Below are positions 35,279-42,823 of a stretch of 64,000 nucleotides of DNA, piece after piece (the stretch's first letter is position 1; each line of letters starts with the position of its first letter). The DNA is taken from positions 3,137-67,136 of the forward strand of contig JAKLPW010000138.1 of assembly GCA_022013675.1 (NCBI GenBank), read 5' to 3'. The position numbers and the translations under genes are program-made. This stretch comes from Anaerolineae bacterium. GTDB lineage: Bacteria > Chloroflexota > Anaerolineae > JAKLPW01. The notes under the pieces were generated by a model. It searched no databases, was not told where the DNA came from, and saw only the letters and a program-made list of their open reading frames with translations.

Positions 35279-35989
35279 TCACTTCCCGATGCGACTGTCC
35301 AGGCGAAACCGCCAGACTTTCCATAGAGCCTCGCGCACAATGCTACCCGACATCTTGGACTCCCCTACTCGCCGGTCCACGAAGACGATAGGTACCTCCA
35401 CCAAACGGAAGCCTCGCCGGAAAGCCCTGTATTTCATCTCGATCTGAAAAGCATAACCATTGGATGTGACTGCATCCAGGTCCACTGCCTCCAGCACATC
35501 TCGCCGCCAGCAATTGAAGCCACCCGTCAGGTCCCATATCGGCATGCCCAGGATGACCCTGGCGTAGAGACTCCCTCCGCGGCTGATCAACTGGCGGACA
35601 AGTCCCCAGTTCTCCGTCCCTCCACCCGAAACGTAGCGGGACCCCACGACCACATCAGTTGCCCGGGCCGCTTCGAGTAGGCTGGGGATGTAAGCGGGAT
35701 CGTGCGAGAAATCGGCATCCATCTCAAAGACGTACTGCGCACCTTGCTGCAAGGCATACTTGAATCCTGTGATGTAGGCGCTGCCCAATCCCATTTTACC
35801 TTGGCGATGGATAACGTGCACTCGCTCATCGCGAACAGAGAGAGCATCGGCGATCTCCCCCGTGCCATCAGGCGAGTTATCATCCACGATGGCAACGTGC
35901 ACGTCCACCGGTTGACTCAGGACGGCCTCCGCTATCTTCTCCATGTTCTCGCACTCATTGTAGGTTGGAATAACTACCATGACCTGCAT
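35279..35989 (-). CDS. Polyprenol-phosphate mannose synthase-like GT2 (Ppm1/DPM1 type)
   Basis: MQVMVVIPTYNECENM...VAIVDDNSPDGTGEIA...GKMGLGSAYITGF...FEMDADFSHDP. ATG at 35989 is preferred to the track start at 36037. Confidence 0.85.
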   Translation of the reverse strand: MQVMVVIPTYNECENMEKIAEAVLSQPVDVHVAIVDDNSPDGTGEIADALSVRDERVHVIHRQGKMGLGSAYITGFKYALQQGAQYVFEMDADFSHDPAYIPSLLEAARATDVVVGSRYVSGGGTENWGLVRQLISRGGSLYARVILGMPIWDLTGGFNCWRRDVLEAVDLDAVTSNGYAFQIEMKYRAFRRGFRLVEVPIVFVDRRVGESKMSGSIVREALWKVWRFRLDSRIGK

Positions 35990-36040
35990 GGGCAACCTCT
36001 GCTCCCCTCTACCACCGAAGCTAATACTCATGAGCAAGAC

Positions 36041-37534
36041 TCATCGCTCGATCTGATACAGCACTACCCTCCCAACGCCACGATACTCCCACGCACCCAG
36101 ACGCGAGTAGAGGGAGTCCAACTCCTGCTCCAGGAGTCCCTCCGGATCGGTATAGTGACCCGGCTCATGAATCAGCCACAGGCGACGATGCCCTGCCAGA
36201 TGCTCCGCCAACACCTCTTCCAGACCCTCTTCCGGCAATGGCACCGGGGCATCCCCATAGACGTCCACTACTCCCTGAGCATAGTAATCGAAGGGCTTGA
36301 CATTCCAGCCCGGACTGAACATGACCACATCGCCCGATTCAGACCGTTCGACGACGTAGGCTGCAGTACTGCGCCAGTCAGGATTCTGCGCCTCTCGCAC
36401 GTTAATGAACACTCCCACGGCCTGGGTCAACGCCAGCAGAACCACAAGTCCCCAGCGCACCCAGGGCCATCGCACCACCGTTGCGCCTCGCGCCACCAAG
36501 AGCAGAAACGCCGGTAAGAAAGGAAGTAGATAACGCATAGCATACATCGGCTTCCATTGCGACAGTACCCACGCCGTCCCTAAAGGCACTACCAGATATG
36601 CGACGACGAAAACAAGTGCTTGAGTATTTGAGAGGCGTGCCTGCGATGACTCGCGCTTTCTCACCCCCAGGGACGCTAAAGCCCCACAGGCCCCAAAGAG
36701 GAGATAGGCCGCACGCCGGGCCAGGGACGGGTACCAATGCCGCGTCATGCCGATGATGTAGGCCATGGCTGTGTGCACAAGGACATCAATCGGTGGCGCA
36801 CCCAGGGAACGAGCCACCCACCCGCCCCCTCCCTGGCTCACCTGCCGCACAAGGACCGGCAACCAGGGAGCGAAACACAACGACACCGCAGCCTGGGCTG
36901 GGATCCACCCCCCCAGAGTTCGGCGCCACTGGGAATCCGTCAAGCAAAGATACGCCATGAAGAGATTCTGAAACAGAACGATGAAAAAGGCATAGTAGTG
37001 CGTATACAGGCTCAGAGAAGTAGTGAGCACATATCCGACCCAGGCCGGCCAGCCCTTGCCCCTCAACAACTCCAACATACAATAGGCCGAACACGTGGTC
37101 AGCAATGCGAGTAGCGCGTACATGCGCGTCTCTTGCGAGTACCACAAGTGAAAAGGAGAGAGAGCCAGTAACAGCGCGCCCGCCAACCCGGTCGCTCGAT
37201 CAAAAAGCGAACGGCCAATACCATACACGAGAGGCACCGTCAGCGTCCCGGCCAGGGCAGAAAGGGCCCTGATGGCCCCCTCACTGCTCCCGAGAGCCAG
37301 CCAGTAGTGCAGTAATGAGTAGTAGAACGGAGGATGGATGTCCACCGCAGTCCAGCCGACCATCTCGCGCAGCTCCATCCGAGCCAGAAAGAGGCTGGTC
37401 GCTTCGTCCAGCCAGAGGCTCTCGCCCCCTAGATGATAGAAGCGTACCAATGCCGCCATAGCGGTAATCAGAGCCACCGCGAGCATCCAGATATCCTCTC
37501 GTGACCGATCGTGCAACTTCAGGTACGTCACCAA
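36041..37534 (-). CDS. GT39-like GT-C membrane glycosyltransferase
   Basis: SLWLDEATSLFL...HPPFYYSLLHYWLALG...IRALSALAGTLTVPLVYGIGRSLF...LSPFHLWYSQETRMYAL. Confidence 0.7.
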   Translation of the reverse strand: MVTYLKLHDRSREDIWMLAVALITAMAALVRFYHLGGESLWLDEATSLFLARMELREMVGWTAVDIHPPFYYSLLHYWLALGSSEGAIRALSALAGTLTVPLVYGIGRSLFDRATGLAGALLLALSPFHLWYSQETRMYALLALLTTCSAYCMLELLRGKGWPAWVGYVLTTSLSLYTHYYAFFIVLFQNLFMAYLCLTDSQWRRTLGGWIPAQAAVSLCFAPWLPVLVRQVSQGGGGWVARSLGAPPIDVLVHTAMAYIIGMTRHWYPSLARRAAYLLFGACGALASLGVRKRESSQARLSNTQALVFVVAYLVVPLGTAWVLSQWKPMYAMRYLLPFLPAFLLLVARGATVVRWPWVRWGLVVLLALTQAVGVFINVREAQNPDWRSTAAYVVERSESGDVVMFSPGWNVKPFDYYAQGVVDVYGDAPVPLPEEGLEEVLAEHLAGHRRLWLIHEPGHYTDPEGLLEQELDSLYSRLGAWEYRGVGRVVLYQIER

Positions 37535-37751
37535 TGCCTCACACTCATCTACCTAAACCAGCACGGGCGGCATAATGCGGCCACCCTGGCACACTTTATC
37601 CGCATGAATCGTAGGGGCTGGTTTCTCTCCGGCAAGAACCATTCCTGCGCCACCAAGGCCAGATGTCATGGAAACCCTTCGGGTAGCGGAGGGGCGAAAC
37701 CTGCCCCTATTAAGATCGGCACCAACCGCACAAACAGGATCCGTAACCAAA

Positions 37752-38759
37752 TCAAGAATGTTGTACCGGTATGTTCCCCTGCGCGGTGAAGAGCGTCGGT
37801 TTCCACCAAGCCCACTCCACGCATTTGCTGCACGAAGGCACATTCTCAAGATCGTTGCGCAAATGCTTGCGGCGCAACTCCGCCATCTGAGGCCCGCGCC
37901 ACGCTTTCATTACCCCATTGGCCACATTCCCTAACGGATAGCTGGCATTGAAATCCCGATCGCACGACATCAGAGTGCCATCCCAATAGATGTGCACGTG
38001 GTACCATAGATTGGGGCAGTGGAAACGCGGTGGGAGAGCAATCTCCTTCTCCGGTCGCAGTCCGCTGATGTCCTCTACCTGGTCGCCCCACGAATCGAAA
38101 GCCTTGACATTGACCCGATCCACGCCGGGCATCCTCCAGATGCGCCCGAATTCCTCGATCTCGTCCAGAGTGGGCTGAATCTCAATGATCTGGACCTTGA
38201 CCTCCGGGCGTGGGTAGCCACCAGCATGTCGTAGTTCAATGAACCTGAGAATGTTCGCCCTGGTCTCTTCAAAATCCGCACTGCGCCGGATCTTCTCGTA
38301 GGTTTCGGGTCTGGTGCCATCCAGACAGAGGTAGATAGTGCCTAATCCGGCCTCCAGGATTTCCTGGCTGATCTCCGGCGTGAGAAGCGTAGCGTTGGTG
38401 GATATCTCCGCGTGCAGCCCCTTCTCGCGACAGTAGGCGATCATCTCCACGATTCGAGGATGGAGCAAGGGCTCACCCCAAATGTGAAGCGTCGTCGCCT
38501 TGACATGGGGAGCCATCTCATCCACGACCTGCCGGAAGAGATCGTAATCTATGAAACCCTTCTTCCGAGTGACCTGTCCCAGGCCGGTTGGGCACATGAT
38601 GCAGCGGAGATTGCAGATATTGGTGGATTCGAGATACATCCGATCAGGGTACGTCCAGGGCCGCGTGTTGCCCAGGGTGTAATTGGCCCATTTGGCTGCC
38701 ATGGTAGCGCGACGTTTATAACGACGAATCCGATTGTCCACTCTGGTTGCTATGCCCAC
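37752..38759 (-). CDS. Radical SAM enzyme with SPASM/twitch-like C-terminal domain
   Basis: LESTNICNLRCIMCPTG (CxxxCxxC); CPNLWYHVHIYWDGTLMSC (Cx12Gx4C); CSKC near the C-terminus. Overlaps the upstream gene by 10 nt. Confidence 0.8.
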   Translation of the reverse strand: MGIATRVDNRIRRYKRRATMAAKWANYTLGNTRPWTYPDRMYLESTNICNLRCIMCPTGLGQVTRKKGFIDYDLFRQVVDEMAPHVKATTLHIWGEPLLHPRIVEMIAYCREKGLHAEISTNATLLTPEISQEILEAGLGTIYLCLDGTRPETYEKIRRSADFEETRANILRFIELRHAGGYPRPEVKVQIIEIQPTLDEIEEFGRIWRMPGVDRVNVKAFDSWGDQVEDISGLRPEKEIALPPRFHCPNLWYHVHIYWDGTLMSCDRDFNASYPLGNVANGVMKAWRGPQMAELRRKHLRNDLENVPSCSKCVEWAWWKPTLFTAQGNIPVQHS

Positions 38760-40231
38760 TCTCTGGTCCTTTCCTTCCGAAAACTTCCCAACCCACCCAG
38801 TAAACGACTGTTAAGAATCGCACACCCAGCCACTCGAACCAGCCGCAGGCGGGAAACCTGCCATAGAGCTGTTCCCCATAGTTTGCCAAAGGCCCTGACA
38901 TATTTACGTTTGCGCTTTCCCTCAGCGAACGTCCGTTTGGCTTTCGCGGCCACGCGACTCAGAGCCTGATCGGACACCTCCGAGACATTCAGGAAAGGCT
39001 CAATCTCCTCGGCATAGTTGTTGTAGTAGTAGGCGCGGCTGAAGTCCTGGTTGAACTGGATCTCGGGACGCTTCGCCACCAACTCGCTCCACAAACGGGT
39101 GCCCGGGAACGGCGTCGTTAGGCTGAACATGGCATCATCTAGATCCAACTCGGCAGCAAAATCAATGGTCTGCCGCATCGTGGCCTCAGTGTCGCCAGGA
39201 AGTCCCAGCATGAAGTATCCCTTGGACCGAATGCCCGACTGTGCCGTCCAGGTCACGGCCTGGCGCACTTGGTCCTTGGTGATACGTTTCCCAATGGCCG
39301 CCAGGATCTCGTCGTTGCCCGACTCAATTCCATAATGTATCTGGCGACAGCCGGAGCGGTACATGAGATCGAGAACCTCCGGGTCCACGCGATCCACGCG
39401 GCCCAGACATTGCCACCGAATGATCAGGCTCTCGTCAATAATGCGCTGCGTAATAGCTTTCAGACGCTTGCGATTAATAGTGAACAGATCATCGATGAAG
39501 TAGATGTTGGCAATGTCATATTGACTGATGATCTGACGCAGTTCGGCAATGATGTTATCAGTGCTTCGCTGGCGATACGTACGCCCGACTATGCCCTTGA
39601 AGCAATAACTGCAATTGTAGGGACAGCCTCGACTGGAGAGCACCGTAATCATACGCTCACCATCCGGAGCATAGAGCGGATAGGCTTTCAGATCAAACAG
39701 ATGTCGCGCCGGCGAAGGCAGTCCGTCCAGGTCACGGATCAGAGGGCGATCAGGATTGCACTGCACAACACCATCCTGCATATAGCAAAGTCCCTGGATA
39801 GCAGCCAGTGTCCCATCGGACGGGCGCGGCCCTTCCGACTCCAGCGCACGTACCAGCTCAATGATCGTCGCCTCCCCTTCACCATAGACCAGGTAATCCA
39901 CAAACGGCTCCTGGGTCACCCGCTCAGGAAAAACGGTGGCATGGGGTCCACCAATGACCAGAGGACAACCAACGCGCTCCTTGACAAACTCCGCCGTCTC
40001 AGCCACTGCGTGGTACGTATTGGTCATGGCAGTGATGCCCACCAACTGGGGATCGAACTCGCCTAACTCTTCTATCTGTTCCGATAGAGGCCGGTCCGGA
40101 TAAAGTCCAAAATCGTGAACGCGGACTTCGTGTCCTTCGCGTTCCAGCACCGCGGCCAGGTAAGCCAATCCCAACGGCGGATAGCTATTCACCATCTTAT
40201 TCCATTTGGGAGAAATGAGCGATACTCTCAT
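38750..40231 (-). CDS. B12-binding-domain (class B) radical SAM enzyme
   Basis: MRVSLISPKW...PPLGLAYLAAVLEREGHEVRVHDF (B12-binding-like domain); VLSSRGCPYNCSYCFKG. ATG at 40231; the track extension to 40543 overlaps the SGNH C-terminal ORF. Confidence 0.8.
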   Translation of the reverse strand: MRVSLISPKWNKMVNSYPPLGLAYLAAVLEREGHEVRVHDFGLYPDRPLSEQIEELGEFDPQLVGITAMTNTYHAVAETAEFVKERVGCPLVIGGPHATVFPERVTQEPFVDYLVYGEGEATIIELVRALESEGPRPSDGTLAAIQGLCYMQDGVVQCNPDRPLIRDLDGLPSPARHLFDLKAYPLYAPDGERMITVLSSRGCPYNCSYCFKGIVGRTYRQRSTDNIIAELRQIISQYDIANIYFIDDLFTINRKRLKAITQRIIDESLIIRWQCLGRVDRVDPEVLDLMYRSGCRQIHYGIESGNDEILAAIGKRITKDQVRQAVTWTAQSGIRSKGYFMLGLPGDTEATMRQTIDFAAELDLDDAMFSLTTPFPGTRLWSELVAKRPEIQFNQDFSRAYYYNNYAEEIEPFLNVSEVSDQALSRVAAKAKRTFAEGKRKRKYVRAFGKLWGTALWQVSRLRLVRVAGCAILNSRLLGGLGSFRKERTREWA

Positions 40232-40250
40232 GATTGAATCGGCCGCTCCG

Positions 40251-40793
40251 TCATGATCCGGACGTAGCTGGCTCACGTGCTTCCAGCGCGTCCACCAGAG
40301 AGCGAGCAACGAGTTCATGCCCGCTATAGTTCCAATGCCCCCAGTGCAGTTCCTTTCCGTGAGTCTCGTAGTCCTTCCTGAAGATACTCTGCAGCCCGAT
40401 AAATCCAACGCCCAGCTCCTCCGAGTACGACCGAAGATCGTCCTCAAAGAAGCATGGATCAAATGTCGAATCGATCTCCCGATACCTCTCCTCCACCATT
40501 GGGAGATGCGCGTCGTTATCAGATACGACAAGCACGAACTCAATGCCCTCGCTCTTGCAGATACCGGCCATTTCCCTGAGTAGAATCTTATTCAGCTCAT
40601 AGCTCCTGGAGTATGACTCATCGGGATCGGACGTACACAGGCTAAGAAAACCGGTAATCGAGGCAGGCTGGGGACTCTCCCCACCTTCTTCCCCCTCGTC
40701 TATACGTCTGTTCAGTCTATAGACATTGTATCGGTTAGAGATGAGCGAAACCAATGCTGAGCGCTGCTTTATGTAGTTTATCCTCGATCTCAT
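40251..40793 (-). CDS. SGNH hydrolase, C-terminal half (frameshifted/split gene)
   Basis: INYIKQRSALVSLISNRY parallels FLREHSAFYSFLVRRY of the intact paralog 28310-29506. The C-terminal HWNYSGHELVARSL resembles block V. The start overlaps the stop of 40790-41407 as ATGA. Confidence 0.6.
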   Translation of the reverse strand: MRSRINYIKQRSALVSLISNRYNVYRLNRRIDEGEEGGESPQPASITGFLSLCTSDPDESYSRSYELNKILLREMAGICKSEGIEFVLVVSDNDAHLPMVEERYREIDSTFDPCFFEDDLRSYSEELGVGFIGLQSIFRKDYETHGKELHWGHWNYSGHELVARSLVDALEAREPATSGS

Positions 40794-41407
40794 TTCATAT
40801 CATACTCAGATGTGTTCGAGAAACTAGTGTCAAGCACTAGTTGCCCTTCATCAGAAACACTGAAGAACGGGCGAGATTTATTGGGGGCTGTCTCCCTGCT
40901 CACTTCTGCAATGTCGTTCCCCGGGAAGAAGAACAGTATCACCATGTCGGGCTTAAACCTAAGAATGTCCCGTCTTAGGACGATCAGCTCTTCTGATTGC
41001 GTGAAACCGGACCTGCCAAAAGTCATCAACTCAAAAGCGTTCGCAGAGGTTCTGTTGAGTTCCTTTTCGGCAAGGGCCAAGAACGTTCTTTCTAACTCTA
41101 CTTGAAACGCCTCCACGAAGCTATCGCCCAGGACAGCTACCCTGTAGGTGTTCTCAGGCTTCTCTAATGCCCATTCATCGTCTCGCCATCCATAGTTGTT
41201 CATTCTTCCTGTGATGGGATGGTCATTCTCTCTGTTGTACCAGTATTCGCAATTGGGAGTGAATCGATATCCGATTTCCTCATCTGGCTCAGAGCAGCTC
41301 AGGCAAGCACCAAAGAGGTGAGTACGTCTTAGCAACACTTCCAGGGCAAGCAGCGTAAGCACGATACTTACCACACATATCCACAGGTTAACTAATCTCT
41401 CCCGCAT
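40790..41407 (-). CDS. SGNH hydrolase, N-terminal half (frameshifted/split gene)
   Basis: N-terminal TM. VAVLGDSFVEAF (block I), FGRSGFTQ (II), FFFPGNDIAE (III). Ends ...TSEYDMK* in an a-rich tract. Visibly lower GC than its neighbours. Confidence 0.6.
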   Translation of the reverse strand: MRERLVNLWICVVSIVLTLLALEVLLRRTHLFGACLSCSEPDEEIGYRFTPNCEYWYNRENDHPITGRMNNYGWRDDEWALEKPENTYRVAVLGDSFVEAFQVELERTFLALAEKELNRTSANAFELMTFGRSGFTQSEELIVLRRDILRFKPDMVILFFFPGNDIAEVSRETAPNKSRPFFSVSDEGQLVLDTSFSNTSEYDMK

Positions 41408-41900
41408 CCTGTTTTACCTTAGGGCTTCCAAGAACGAGCCTCGTAAATCTGTCTGACGAATCTGGTGAGAGAACTCTCGACTCGCAACAGTCTCGCAGTT
41501 GCAGTCTCGCAGTCGCAGTCTCCCACATGCCAGGGTCCTGATCCTCTCCAAGGTCTCTTGCTGAAGACGCACGGCCCGGATCGGTACCCCATTCACCTAC
41601 AGCCCCGCCACCAGTATAAGTGTTGACAAGGCAGTATCAAACACTTTGGTCCGATGCAAACAGGCTCTCACCCCATGGGAGTACTGTTGAGGTAAGATCT
41701 CACGAGGACGGGCCCCGCCGTGGGGCTCTAGGATGACTCAAGTTTCTCCCTTCGAGCAACACAACTCGACTCGGGGGAAACCGCGGTTCTTGCTGCATCA
41801 TACGATACCCATGCACTGACCCGCTCACGCAGCCATTCCACAGGGAAGAACGGGCAAGGGTCAAGAGTGAGAACACCCTCTCTTCAAAACGGGGTTACTT

Positions 41901-42353
41901 CTACGCAGTCCTCGCCGGACGATAGCAGCAATGGGCGGACAGGAGAATCTGCCGTATGTACTCGTGGCTGATGCGATCAACGATGCGACGTTTCCGAGCT
42001 TGCTCAGCCAATCGGTGTAGAGTCCAGTTGCTGAAATTAAGACCCAGGTCCCGAGGCTTGGTCTCAGCCAGCCGCACGATCTCAAGTTTCTGGTTCTCCG
42101 TGAAGCGAGGCTTGGCTCCTCCAGACCGATTGCTGACCAGCCCTCTGCAACCTCTCTCGTTGAAACGATGAATCCACTTGCGCAGGTTGGCCGGGTGCGC
42201 GTCGGTTATCTCCCCAATCTCCGGGACCCGATAACCCTCACTGGAGAGGAAGATCACTCCGGCCCGATGCCTCAACTCGGCTTCCTCGCCTTCCAGCCAT
42301 CCTCTTAGCTGTTTCTCTTCGCCCTCGGTCAGCTCGCGGACGTACAGAACCAT
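41901..42353 (-). mobile_element. IS630-family transposase N-terminal (HTH) fragment; DDE domain missing
   Basis: MVLYVRELTEGEEKQLRGWLE...RAGVIFLSSEGYRVPEIGEI...LRKWIHRFNERGCRGL...KPRFTENQKLEIVRLAE...FSNWTLHRLAE...ISHEYIRQIL, then a premature stop. ATG at 42353 is preceded by aggagggg. No catalytic domain is readable downstream. Confidence 0.65.
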
Positions 42354-42823
42354 TGTAACCCCTCCTATCTGACCAGACTCAAACATGGCTCAAGGCGGGG
42401 TCACTCTCTCAGCTCACGCCCCGCTCTGACCATCATACCCGGGTATTCGCATGGCACGACAATAGCCACACTTGGCCACATTATAACGGCCAAACATGAA
42501 AAAACGATGAAAACCGGGTACGGCGGGGGTTACAAATTGTTCATATACACTCCTCTTCAAACCGCCTGTGTCAATATTCCTTCAAACACTCACGTTTGAA
42601 TATCAGACACGTGACGACACTATCTGATTTCAACTTACAAGTATACACCATTTCTACCTGTATGAGAAATCCTTGAATCGAAGAAAACTGGTGAGGACTT
42701 CTGAGGTCGGGCGCGCGCAGGGAATGTCTACCCGCTCCACAGGGATCGCCAGATCCCGACTTCGCTCGCCAAGACCGACTCCCCGCACGGGGATTTGGCA
42801 ATCTCCTCTGAACTAGATGGGCA

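Noticed and set aside
41600-41900. Possible structured ncRNA or tRNA in the gene-poor stretch next to the IS630 fragment (local hairpins such as aagtgtt...aacactt at 41619-41647 and gccccgccgtggggc near 41711).
   Set aside because: There is no T-loop/GTTCGAATC-type tRNA signature and no match by eye to the conserved cores of SRP RNA, tmRNA, RNase P or 6S. This is most simply decayed IS or foreign DNA, and it needs an Infernal/Rfam scan to settle.
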